From Laetmonice hystrix (taxonomy: Eukaryota), in assembly GCA_965235115.1 (NCBI GenBank), contig OZ249436.1, forward strand, positions 47,060,001-47,124,000: 64,000 nt of DNA. Reading direction: 5' to 3'. This document shows, one piece after another, positions 37,214 to 48,348 of the stretch. A program made the translations under genes and the position numbers. Within the stretch, counting starts at the first letter, position 1, and every line of letters starts with the position of its first letter. Below the pieces are notes generated by a model. It was given only the letters and a program-made list of their open reading frames with translations. It had not been told where the DNA came from and did not search any database.

Positions 37214-37778
37214 AGGGAAATGTGAGTGTCCAAAGCGCCACGTAGTGAGTCGCGTTGGTACTACTGGGGAAATGTGAGTGTTCAAAGCGCCGCGTATAGT
37301 GAGCTTTAACAGAAAAATGTTCAGCTTATTTATATGCAGTCAACGAGTTTGATGTGGAAATCAGTAGTATTTTTTAAACCATGAACCAAACTGTGTGCCA
37401 GAGTCTGTCTACTCCATTGAATGCTATAGTTAAGACCCGTGTTTTACCAAGGCACTGACTGTTTGGCAGGCTGTAACTTTTTTTTTAATTCGGTGACCCC
37501 CAATTTTTTTTAAACTATTAGTCCTGATCCACTTTATCTTGTCACCGAGTTTCAGAAGAAAATCAGTGGTCGTTTTTTAACTATTAGTCAAAATGTCTGA
37601 AATATTGAAACCTATAGTAAAGATCCATTTTTTCACGGGGGCCTGTATAAAAAAATCTAATTCGGTGACATTTGATTTTTTTGTTTCTTTGTACAACAAA
37701 GGACAACGGCTATCCCCTTTAAAAATAGTTTGAAAATTCTAGTGGTCAATCAAATTCCGTTTAACGTCATATTTCCCT
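37214..37778. mobile_element. Non-autonomous Kolobok-like element with TTAA TSD
   Basis: TTAA|agggaaatgtga ... tcatatttccct|TTAA. Confidence 0.55.
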
Positions 37779-38211
37779 TTAAATGCCTGAATTGCACTGG
37801 ATGTATAAGTCTGGAAGGTGCTAGAAGACGGTGGAAGCATATTGCGCAGGGTGAGAAACGATACGGAAGACCTTTTACTGTCTACCTGTGATAGGAAACG
37901 TTTCCAAGGCATGGCGACGTCAGATGATGGCCATTTCTGTGGATCCAATCCTGATCTGTCAGTGGCTGCCGCTGTGAATGCAAACCGTTTTCTCAGTTCA
38001 TATTTCAGGGAAATCATGTGGGAGGACGAGTTATTTCTACGAGATGGAACATGAGGAGTGTAGATCAGAGCCACAGCCTTCCTCTGTGCTCTTTGATTAC
38101 GTTATCCATCATTTAAAAATGAGACAGATCAAATTAAGCAACAAATTAGTGATATTTATGTATCATCAACTCTGAAACAGGAGATATCATTCGTTCCATT
38201 CTCTTTTTCAG

Positions 38212-38247
38212 TTCACGGTGCGAAGAATTTGCAGGGGAAGAAAAAGG
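38212..38247 (+). CDS. Rab11-FIP-like gene, coding exon 2 (36-nt microexon)
   Basis: ctctttttcag|TT CAC GGT GCG AAG AAT TTG CAG GGG AAG AAA AAG G|gtgagt = (V)HGAKNLQGKKK(G); phase 1/1. Confidence 0.82.
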
Positions 38248-38298
38248 GTGAGTCGGCCTAGTATTGTTACCCAATTATTAATTTGTGTATGCTGCAGC

Positions 38299-40893
38299 TG
38301 TGTGTGAGTACTATGTTTGGAGTGTAGGTGTGGACATCATTGTGATGTATTGATCCTTTGTGTACTCTGTGTGTGAGTACTGTGTTTGGGGTGTCGGTGT
38401 GGACATCATTGTGATGTATTGATCCTTTGTGTACTCTGTGTGTGCGTACTGTGTTTGGGGTGTCGGTGTGGACATCATTGTGATGTATTGATCCTTTGTG
38501 TACTCTGTGTGTGAGTACTGTGTTTGGGGTGTCGGTGTGGACATCATTGTGATGTATTGATCCTTTGTGTACTCTCTGTGTGAGTACTGTGTTTGGGGTG
38601 TCGGTGTGGACATCATTGTGATGTATTGATCCTTTGTGTACTCTGTGTGTGAGTACTGTGTTTGGGGTGTCGGTGTGGACATCATTGTGATGTATTGATC
38701 CTTTGTGTACTCTGTGTGTGAGTACTGTGTTTGGGGTGTCGGTGTGGACATCATTGTGATGTATTGATCCTTTGTGTACTCTGTGTGTGAGTACTGTGTT
38801 TGGGGTGTCGGTGTGGACATCATTGTGATGTATTGATCCTTTGTGTACTCTGTGTGTGAGTACTGTGTTTGGGGTGTCGGTGTGGACATCATTGTGATGT
38901 ATTGATCCTTTGTGTACTCTGTGTGTGAGTACTGTGTTTGGGGTGTCGGTGTGGACATCATTGTGATGTATTGATCCTTTGTGTACTCTGTGTGTGCGTA
39001 CTGTGTTTGGGGTGTCGGTGTGGACATCATTGTGATGTATTGATCCTTTGTGTATTCTCTGTGTGAGTACTGTGTTTGGGGTGTCGGTGTGGACATCATT
39101 GTGATGTATTGATCCTTTGTGTACTCTCTGTGTGAGTACTGTGTTTGGGGTGTCGGTGTGGACATCATTGTGATGTATTGATCCGTTGTGTACTCTCTGT
39201 GTGAGTACTGTGTTTGGGGTGTCGGTGTGGACATCATTGTGATGTATTGATCCTTTGTGTACTCTCTGTGTGAGTACTGTGTTTGGGGTGTCGGTGTGGA
39301 CATCATTGTGATGTATTGATCCTTTGTGTACTCTCTGTGTGAGTACTGTGTTTGGGGTGTCGGTGTGGACATCATTGTGATGTATTGATCCTTTGTGTAC
39401 TGTGTGTGTGAGTACTGTGTTTGGGGTGTCGGTGTGGACATCATTGTGATGTATTGATCCTTTGTGTACTCTGTGTGTGAGTACTGTGTTTGGGGTGTCG
39501 GTGTGGACATCATTGTGATGTACTGATCCTTTGTGTACTCTGTGTGTGAGTACTGTGTTTGGGGTGTCGGTGTGGACATCATTGTGATGTATTGATCCTT
39601 TGTGTACTCTCTGTGTGAGTACTGTGTTTGGGGTGTCGGTGTGGACATCATTGTGATGTATTGATCCTTTGTGTACTCTCTGTGTGAGTACTATGTTTGG
39701 GGTGTCGGTGTGGACATCATTGTGATGTATTGATCCTTTGTGTACTCTCTGTGTGAGTACTATGTTTGGGGTGTCGGTGTGGACATCATTGTGATGTATT
39801 GATCCTTTGTGTACTCTCTGTGTGAGTACTATGTTTGGGGTGTCGGTGTGGACATCATTGTGATGTATTGATCCTTTGTGTATGCTCTGTGTGAGTACTG
39901 TGTTTGGGGTGTCGGTGTGGACATCATTGTGATGTATTGATCCTTTGTGTACTCTGTGTGTGAGTACTGTGTTTGGGGTGTCGGTGTGGACATCATTGTG
40001 ATGTATTGATCCGTTGTGTACTCTCTGTGTGAGTACTGTGTTTGGGGTGTCGGTGTGGACATCATTGTGATGTATTGATCCTTTGTGTACTCTCTGTGTG
40101 AGTACTGTGTTTGGGGTGTCGGTGTGGACATCATTGTGATGTATTGATCCTTTGTGTACTGTGTGTGTGAGTACTGTGTTTGGGGTGTCGGTGTGGACAT
40201 CATTGTGATGTATTGATCCTTTGTGTACTCTGTGTGTGAGTACTGTGTTTGGGGTGTCGGTGTGGACATCATTGTGATGTATTGATCCTTTGTGTATTCT
40301 CTGTGTGAGTACTGTGTTTGGGGTGTCGGTGTGGACATCATTGTGATGTATTGATCCTTTGTGTACTCTCTGTGTGAGTACTGTGTTTGGGGTGTCGGTG
40401 TGGACATCATTGTGATGTATTGATCCGTTGTGTACTCTCTGTGTGAGTACTGTGTTTGGGGTGTCGGTGTGGACATCATTGTGATGTATTGATCCTTTGT
40501 GTACTCTCTGTGTGAGTACTGTGTTTGGGGTGTCGGTGTGGACATCATTGTGATGTATTGATCCTTTGTGTACTGTGTGTGTGAGTACTGTGTTTGGGGT
40601 GTCGGTGTGGACATCATTGTGATGTATTGATCCTTTGTGTACTCTGTGTGTGAGTACTGTGTTTGGGGTGTCGGTGTGGACATCATTGTGATGTATTGAT
40701 CCTTTGTGTACTCTCTGTGTGAGTACTGTGTTTGGGGTGTCGGTGTGGACATCATTGTGATGTATTGATCCTTTGTGTACTCTGTGTGTGCGTACTGTGT
40801 TTGGGGTGTATGTGTGGACATCATTGTGATGTATTGATCCTTTGTGTACTGTGTGTGTGAGTACTGTGTTTTGGGTGTCGGTGTGGACATCAT
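38299..40893. repeat. 63-bp intronic minisatellite, about 41 near-perfect copies
   Basis: Unit ctgtgtgtgagtactgtgtttggggtgtcggtgtggacatcattgtgatgtattgatcctttgtgta(ct). Confidence 0.97.
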
Positions 40894-40967
40894 TTTGTCA
40901 TTCAGCCGTGTTGCCGAATCGAATTGGATGGAGACTGGGCGTAGCTTATGTTTTGATTGGCACTGCC

Positions 40968-41743
40968 ACGTGACGAGTTTATATGACTCCAGTAGCCTAG
41001 TCGATCCATGGGATTGTAAGGGTTAGTATACAAGCGGTCCTGAGACGTGACGAGTTTATATGACTCCAGTAGTCGATCCATGGGATTGTAAGGGTTAGTA
41101 TACAAGCGGTCCTGAGACGTGACGAGTTTATATGACTCCAGTAGTCGATCCATGGGATTGTAAGGGTTAGTATACAAGCTGTCCTGAGACGTGACGAGTT
41201 TATATGACTCCAGTAGTCGATCCATGGGATTGTAAGGGTTAGTATACAAGCGGTCCTGAGACGTGACGAGTTTATATGACTCCAGTAGTCGATCCATGGG
41301 ATTGTAAGGGTTAGTATACAAGCGGTCCTGAGACGTGACGAGTTTATATGACTCCAGTAGTCGATCCATGGGATTGTAAGGGTTAGTATACAAGCGGTCC
41401 TGAGACGTGACGAGTTTATATGACTCCAGTAGTCGATCCATGGGATGTGAAGGGTTAGTATACAAGCGGTCCTGAGACGTGACGAGTTTATATGACTCCA
41501 GTAGTCGATCCATGGGATGTGAAGGGTTAGTATACAAGCGGTCCTGAGACGTGACGAGTTTATATGACTCCAGTAGTCGATCCATGGGATGTGAAGGGTT
41601 AGTATACAAGCGGTCCTGAGACGTGACGAGTTTATATGACTCCAGTAGTCGATCCATGGGATGTGAAGGGTTAGTATACAAGCGGTCCTGAGACGTGACG
41701 AGTTTATATGACTCCAGTAGTCGATCCATGGGATGTGAAGGGT
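40968..41743. repeat. 72-bp intronic minisatellite, about 11 copies
   Basis: Unit acgtgacgagtttatatgactccagtagtcgatccatgggattgtaagggttagtatacaagcggtcctgag; two sequence variants in blocks. Confidence 0.97.
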
Positions 41744-43761
41744 CAATATGGCTTCAGTAGGTGGTAATTAACTGACAGGGAATCCGCTTTAAGTCTGGGA
41801 TGAGCCGGGATCGACTCAAGCTGGGATGGCGTCGGCTGAGCTCCCGCTAAAAGAGGCCGTGATGCGTGCTAAGGATGGGCCCAGGCAAAATGGCCCCATT
41901 GCCTGGGCCCATTGCCTGGGCCCATTGACTGAGGGTCCATCTGTACACGACCGGGTAAGAAATCAATGGGGTCCATCAGTATAATGTAGCTTTGGCCTTA
42001 ACTAGCAGTATCCTGTCCTATCAAACCACGCCCATTACTGAGGAGGAAAGACCTCGGGCTGCCAGAGCGCAGTCGCCTACCTCATCACGAGGCAGTGTCT
42101 CCTCGCCCCGTATAGCAATTTAAAACGTGCAAAAACAGAGGGAAAAGCCACACTCAGTGTTTGGCCATCGGCTACCAGTTACATCGAACATGTAGTTGCT
42201 GACACAAGTAGCTGGGCCTTGTTTTCGCTCTCTGTTGGCATGCATGCGGGCATGCATGCGATTTTAGGTCAGAAAACCTGCCGACAACAACACATTGCCA
42301 ACAAACACTGCCATAATTATTAAAGGGCTGACTCAATGGGTGGTTGTTTCTATCAACTTTTCGTTATGCTGGTTATCGTTTTTCGCTGTGTAGTAAAATC
42401 AACCTGGGGCCAAGAGTTATCTCTCCACTTTGTATTAAATAGAGATGTGGACACATAATTATGGGGAGCTTTTCCTCGAAATTGACCAAAGCACGTGTTT
42501 TCCCAAAGCACATGTTGCATGGTCTGGCATTCCGTGTAGGCGGTAGGTCTGGCACAGACTGGCGGAGGAGCTGTGTTATCGGTCTACGACTGAAGGCGTT
42601 CTGCCAACTGGCTACACATCATATCTCAGCCGGTCCCCAGAGGTCGCTGCGGTAGCACGCCAGGGGAGCCGTTGTCATGGGCACATGACAGGTCGGGGCT
42701 GGTGCCAGTCATTGCCGGCTGTCTCTGCCGTGCCTGGCCGACCACTGGCTATAGACCCTGCCTGACCCCGCACCCCCACCCCCACACCCATCTAGGCCAA
42801 ATCCTGGAAAATGACCCTATATAAATTTATCTCTAATGCTCCACGATGTTTCTTTCTTTCTCTCTTTCTCTACTTTTGTCCCTTGACCATCTCTCTCAAC
42901 TTGCAAAGGGTGATGTCACTCACCCGATGCGGCCGACTCGACCCTCTACACTTGTCTGCGGTTTTTTGTACTCTTCATAATGAAGCAACAAATGCACCCC
43001 AATACCTAAGGGCAAAAACAGTAAGATGTAAGGCCTAATTTCATACTAATCTAAACATGTTTATTTGGCGGATCTATTTCTGACTACTAGGCGTGCGGAT
43101 GTCTCATTGGAATATTATATTTCTCACAACAAGATCACATCGGCCTATTGGACATCAAGCAGCCGTTCTTGTGGCCGCTACTCTTGAGCAGGGTCATGGC
43201 CCCGGCATATGATATCCTGGTCTTGCCAACTGTGTCGACCCCCTGCCTCAAATTGGCCTTCGTGTGGCGACGACTTGCATCAAGAACATAGATCTGACCT
43301 AGACGGGTTTTATGATCTAGTCTTATTATATAACAGCGATTCGGTGCCTGCATGCTTTGGTTATAACTATGGGGGCTCCTGAGGAATGCCTGATGTCTGC
43401 ATCCTGAAGGGCCTGTGCTTTAATGTGTATCTGCAGACAACTTGCCAAGGTCATGGGAGTCACCTATTGAGGGAAAATGAAAATTGCTGCAGGGTTAATC
43501 TTGTGTGTTACATAATAAATGTTGTCATGTAGGACTAATCATAACCTAAATAACATTTTCCGCAAATGCGTTTGGCAAAACCTTGTCTAGATGGTCACAG
43601 GTAACAGTAGGCATAATGCCAAACATTGGACTTGCCCCAAAATTAGCATCCGTGCGCAGCTACTTTCATAACTATGGCTACCTGACTCCGAACAGTGCAC
43701 TTGAAGGGCACACGATTCCTCCCCTAACTTTGCTTACCATGGTCCAATAACTGATTTGTCC

Positions 43762-44035
43762 TGAATGTGTTTCAGGGCGCCATAAGTACAACGTGGTGTT
43801 TGAATGTGTTTCAGGGCGCCATAAGTACAACGTGGTGTTTGAATGTGTTTCAGGGCGCCATAAGTACAACGTGGTGTTTGAATGTGTTTCAGGGCGCCAT
43901 AAGTACAACGTGGTGTTTGAATGTGTTTCAGGGCGCCATAAGTACAACGTGGTGTTTGAATGTGTTTCAGGGCGCCATAAGTACAACGTGGTGTTTGAAT
44001 GTGTTTCAGGGCGCCATAAGTACAACGTGGTGTTT
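43762..44035 (+). repeat. 39-bp perfect repeat x7 duplicating the exon 3 splice acceptor in frame
   Basis: Unit tgaatgtgtttcag|ggcgccataagtacaacgtggtgtt; AGs end at 43775, 43814, 43853, 43892, 43931, 43970, 44009. Confidence 0.97.
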
Positions 44036-44115
44036 GGGGTCGGCACGAACCGCTACCGGACGGCGACGGAGCAGGATCCGACCGGAAACCCGGTCTGGAC
44101 CGAGGAGTCCGTCAT
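44010..44115 (+). CDS. Rab11-FIP-like gene, coding exon 3 (C2 domain); start could be any of 7 acceptors back to 43776
   Basis: (G)RHKYNVVFGVGTNRYRTATEQDPTGNPVWTEESV(I), with the C2 NPVWxE motif; donor at|gtaggt, phase 2. Confidence 0.82.
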
Positions 44116-44211
44116 GTAGGTTGGAGATCATCCCTCATATCAAATTCACAAAATTCAATTCCCCAAGGTTCGTTAATTTGTGGGTACTAATTTATCATTG
44201 AGAACTAGTTC

Positions 44212-44470
44212 CTTGGAGTGACTATATAAAAGGCCGAGTGGTCTAAGGTGTTGGCTCATGACACCTAGGACCATCGCCTCACACCGCTGCGGCCCGGGTT
44301 TGATCCCCGGCCAGGGCTGCATGTGTGAAAGGTTTGTCAGTCAGTTCCTTCCCGAAGGTCGGTGGTTTCCTCCGGGTCCTCCGGTTTCCTCCACCAAGAA
44401 AAACTGACTTTCATCATCATCTTCACCGCCGTGATATGACCCTGGCTGTTGCAAGGCGTAAAACCCCAAA
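44212..44470 (+). mobile_element. tRNA-derived SINE
   Basis: A-box-like ggccgagtggtctaagg, B-box-like gggtttgatccc, central gtggtttcctccgggtcctccggtttcctccacc (V-domain-like), tail ggcgtaaaacccc. Confidence 0.75.
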
Positions 44471-44537
44471 TACCCACCCACCCGACCATATAAAATGCTG
44501 TCTGAAGGCATGAAGTTGCCACCAAATTTACACAGGA

Positions 44538-44810
44538 ACTAAAGGGCGGTCAGCAGAGCGCAAACCTCCGCCAAGCGGAGCAGTCCTCCATTATGGCCTA
44601 TCTCGCGATGGTGAAGAAATGGCAAATGATCCTGACTCCACGAAAACATTTCCCGATCTTCCCCAAAATCTAATCGATTGTTCCCTGACACGAGACCAAT
44701 CATAACCTGTAGGCTAAATTTCATGAAAACCAATTCATTACTTTTTGACATATCTTGTAAACAGACAGACAGGGCTGAAAACACGACCTTCCGTCGTTGG
44801 CGGAGGTAAA
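44538..44810. mobile_element. Non-autonomous element with subterminal inverted repeats (Helentron/DINE-1-like)
   Basis: acctccgccaa (~44566) and ttggcggaggt (~44797) inverted pair, with a (ACAG)n microsatellite near the 3' end. Confidence 0.5.
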
Positions 44811-45004
44811 GTCTACAGTATAATACCTAAAAGTCTCTGAGTGTATAGATTCTAAGCCCATGCGGTGTTGAGGTCTTTCTTCTGGAAGTTGGCAAAAGAT
44901 TTACATCTTTTCTGGCGTCTTCTGGAATCCTCGACACAGAGTTGCAGCAGGTGGTAGGCTTAGATCTATATGTGTATAACTGTTGTATTTTGTCTGTCGG
45001 CCAG

Positions 45005-45932
45005 TGAGGTGGAGAATGGCGGGCAGCCTCTTGTGTTCATCGTCAAGGAGAAAGACGACGTCCTTGGTCAGGTCACCGTGCCCTTGTCTTCCCTGCCCGA
45101 CGAGACCCGGAGAGCCAAGAGGAGATTTCCCCTACAGCCACACCGGAAATGTTCCCACCCTCAGGGTGAGTTGATCTTTGAGGGTTGGGTGAGCCGGGTT
45201 CGGGAGCTCCAGCCTCCCACCATCAAGGTGACCTGTGAGCCCGCCACGCCCGCCCGTCTCAACCCGTTTGTCATCCTCAAGGAGACCATCCAGAAATCAC
45301 CAATGATGGGACGTAAATCACATCACGTGACCAATAATAAATCGACGTCATCAGTCATCACGCTCCATCGGCGGAACTCGCATTCTCTGCAGGACCTTTC
45401 TACGTCAAATCAAGAGTGGTCGGCGGAGGACACGCCGTCCAAGATCCGACCTAAGACGCTCCCAGCCGGGTTGCTAGGGGTGATTGGCGGTGACATGGCG
45501 GGCAAACGGTGCAGTAGTTACATGGACCTGTCATGTACCGTCAACCAGCCGCAGATTGTTAGTATCTCCCCGTGTGAGGGCACAGCAGACGGCGGTACTC
45601 TCGTAACCATTACAGGACGTAACCTTGGTAACAACGTCGAAGACGTCGTAGGACTGTTCATCTGCGGCGCCAACTGCCTCGGTTCAGTGGAGTACGAGTC
45701 GTCGACAAGACTGCGCTGTACTACCAAATCATGGCGCACCGTCAAAGGGTACATCGTGGTCGAGACTCAGTCTGGGGGTAGAGGGACCTCCCTAATCCAG
45801 TACAGATTTGTAGATACTCCTCGAGTGGGTGCCCAGGAGGAGGATCTGAATGAAACGCCCAAGTTTAAGGATTCCGAAGTGGATGGTCGGTGCCCAAAGA
45901 GAGCTCTTGTATCGACGCCTGAACCAAAAAGG
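45005..45932 (+). CDS. Rab11-FIP-like gene, coding exon 4 (end of C2 domain, linker, IPT/TIG domain)
   Basis: Acceptor tgtcggccag|t, phase 2; ..LVFIVKEKDDVLGQVTVPLSSL..FPLQPH..QGELIFEGWV (C2 C-half); PQIVSISPCEG..GGTLVTITGRNLG..VVGLFICGANCL..LRCTT..GYIVVETQSGGRGTS..YRF (IPT/TIG, EXOC2/Sec5 N-terminal type); donor agg|gtcagt, phase 0. Confidence 0.9.
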
Positions 45933-46242
45933 GTCAGTATCACTGAAAGTTGAGGTAATGACCCCTTGATTGGGTATACTAATGATAAAATAGTATTGTT
46001 TATTAGGTCATCATATATTCTTGAAATAGGCCTATAAATTCTATCCTCATAAATACGCGTAGATAAAGGACTGCTTCAAGATCAGTTTCCACTACTGTCC
46101 CTAGGGGACATGTAGTATCTCGGGGAACATGACCAGCACTAGATTCTATCCCCCCCCCCCCGCTTACGGTTCAACCCCTCCTTCATCCTCCAACAAACCA
46201 ACATTCTTCCACACTGAATGATGTTTTTGATATTTATTCAAG

Positions 46243-46357
46243 AGAGGCATACTGGCCCGTCTACATGATGATAGTAAACACGATCGGAAAGATGCCGAGA
46301 ATGTTTCAAAGAAAGACAGAACTAATGGAAAGGGATCCTCCTCCTCCAAGGAAGATA
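46243..46357 (+). CDS. Rab11-FIP-like gene, coding exon 5
   Basis: ttattcaag|AGA..; RGILARLHDDSKHDRKDAENVSKKDRTNGKGSSSSKED; donor a|gtaagt; phase 0/1 bridges exons 4 and 6. Confidence 0.75.
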
Positions 46358-46916
46358 GTAAGTGTACTGGGATTGCCTATTTTCCAGGCTACCATTCACT
46401 TTATTACTTAAAATCACTTGATTTTCCCGAGGACAACACTACGTGTTTCCGGAAATAGATGAGAAGGTGAGCGCCGGTAGCTCGACACGTCAGTTTTGAG
46501 TGTAGCGCTTGAAGTGACCACACGTCTGGACACCAGCTCGCGCGGTTTGTGATTTGGATTACGTGTGTTTTTACAGGTGAGTTCTTCATTTTTGGTTTTA
46601 AAAAATAAAAACGGGTGCTCTACAGGCAAACCATCTACATTGTAGGAGGTTTAGCCTTTTTTATTGTAGATTAAAGATAATTTAGCTGCCTTTGGTTGAA
46701 CTGCGGGACAACCAATGTAGAGCACCATAATTGACGGGGCAGCTAGACTGGACCGCGGGACAGTCTAAGATTTTAGTGGTACTACATTTAGACCATGTTA
46801 TACTAGTAGCCGGGCTGGTCCTGCGGGGGAGCCTGTGAGCTGATATAGAGCGCTGGTGCTGTAGTTACCAGAGGCTTATTATTGAATTTATTTTATCTGA
46901 CTTTTTCAGACTGGTT

Positions 46917-48320
46917 ATGTCGGATAAAGAGACACGAAAAACGAGGGGAACTGCAGAAGCCCTATCGAAAAGTGAAATAAAAGCCGCAAATAAGCCAAAA
47001 ACAAAAAAGACTGCGTGTACTGCAGTGGAAGAGACCGTGTCCACACCACAGGCAGTGGATATGGAAGGTGTCGATTCGCAACGGTATGAGCATTCGGTAC
47101 AGCAGGGTGACCAGTTACCCGTGACGGTGCAGCGTGTTGACCAGGCACCAATGACCAGGAAGGTTGAGACGGCACCTAGACCTACCCAACGCGCCGACGT
47201 TATGGGACAACACTGCACGTTACCTCCCATGTTTCCGCCATACATGCCATATGGTTATCCATTTGCCCCTCAACCACATATAGCGGGGTATTTCCCTGAA
47301 TGGGAGGATTGGAGTACAATAGACTCCAGATCGAGTAGCCGACCCCCGAGTACGGGGTACTCTGACATATCTGAGGACGAGGAGGGTGGACAACCGCCTA
47401 TGTTGGTGAGACAGGATTCGTCTACAGATGTTCAGGGGGCAACTCAGGCTGCTAGTGTTCAGCCTCATGATCCAGTTACGGTGGCGGAGGGGAAGTTGGT
47501 GAGACTTTTAAAGCAAAATAAGGATAAATGGACGGAGGCAGATAGGAAAGGAGAAGATATTCATGCCAGTTTGGCGGAACAGATTGAATGTTTTTTCGAA
47601 GACCCGGCGCCTATTTCCTCGGAAATCGACCGCATCATGGAGGAATATCCCCCACCTGGAAATGTCCCTCACTTGGTAGTGCCACGGGTGGATGAGGAAG
47701 TGTTTGCCGGAATGGATGCGGCGACAAAGATCGTTGATGCAGGTTTAAAACAGATGCAAAAAGAGGTAGTGGCGTCAATCGCCGCTTTTGCACCTATAGC
47801 GTCATTGATGTTGGCCAGGGGGCAGTCCGATTCTGAACTGGACAAACTGGCAGGGAATGCTTTGGATTCATTGAAAGCAATGGCTCTAGTGAGTAATGGA
47901 ATTAAAGCTAAAAGGAAGGACAGCATCAAATCAGGGATGCAAAGCATTTATGCAAAGTCTCTACCTAAAATTAAAGGTGGTTCCCCTAGCTGGCTGTTTG
48001 GGGGAAATGTGTCGGAGTCAGCAAAGCAATGTGAAACAACTCAAAATCTGTCAGAAAAGATTATGAAGGGACAACGACAAAAGGTTGGCAAGCAATTCCA
48101 GATGAGAGGGAAGAAAGGCAGAACAGGAATGCCACCGTACAGGATGACGCCATACCATTATCCGTATGGATATGGAGGTTATCGTCCCCAGTTGGGTTAC
48201 ACTCCATATGACAATTATAGGCACGGACGTAGAGGGCTACCATTCAAGGGGTACAGGAATAGTGATGGAGCTCGGCCAAGACCACAGGCTTCAGCAGCTG
48301 CGGGGGCGCTTGACAAGTGA
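46917..48320 (+). CDS. DIRS ORF1, gag-like protein (467 aa)
   Basis: Long ORF at the 5' end of the element; YPPPGNVPHLVVPRVD and WLFGGNV motifs and a Gly/Arg/Tyr-rich C-terminus typical of DIRS gag. Confidence 0.85.
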   Translation: MSDKETRKTRGTAEALSKSEIKAANKPKTKKTACTAVEETVSTPQAVDMEGVDSQRYEHSVQQGDQLPVTVQRVDQAPMTRKVETAPRPTQRADVMGQHCTLPPMFPPYMPYGYPFAPQPHIAGYFPEWEDWSTIDSRSSSRPPSTGYSDISEDEEGGQPPMLVRQDSSTDVQGATQAASVQPHDPVTVAEGKLVRLLKQNKDKWTEADRKGEDIHASLAEQIECFFEDPAPISSEIDRIMEEYPPPGNVPHLVVPRVDEEVFAGMDAATKIVDAGLKQMQKEVVASIAAFAPIASLMLARGQSDSELDKLAGNALDSLKAMALVSNGIKAKRKDSIKSGMQSIYAKSLPKIKGGSPSWLFGGNVSESAKQCETTQNLSEKIMKGQRQKVGKQFQMRGKKGRTGMPPYRMTPYHYPYGYGGYRPQLGYTPYDNYRHGRRGLPFKGYRNSDGARPRPQASAAAGALDK

Positions 48321-48348
48321 TCCCTGGATAATAGATGTAGTTTAAAGA

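Noticed and set aside
34915..37718. Possible 2.8-kb TTAA-flanked element (ttaaagaggctatc ... gctatcccctttaa)
   Set aside because: The TIR match is weak, it would contain the host first coding exon, and it would overlap the better-supported 37214-37778 element.
37818..38054. 78-aa + strand ORF upstream of FIP exon 2
   Set aside because: No domain similarity or fitting splice sites; the 35955-35982 exon completes the C2 start better.
38311..41746. Long minus-strand ORFs of 446, 354, 275 and 249 aa
   Set aside because: By-products of 63-bp and 72-bp tandem repeats (unit lengths divisible by 3) inside an intron of the + strand gene; no unique coding flanks.
23585..44035. Regularly spaced repeats resembling CRISPR arrays
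   Set aside because: Units are head-to-tail with no unique spacers, there are no cas genes, and the context is spliceosomal and eukaryotic.
44212..44290. tRNA gene
   Set aside because: A/B boxes are present but I see no convincing cloverleaf, and it continues into a SINE body.
44970..45953. Calling the IPT-containing ORF EXOC2/Sec5 or a plexin
   Set aside because: There is no Sec5 helical body or Sema domain; flanking exons give C2 and FIP-RBD instead.
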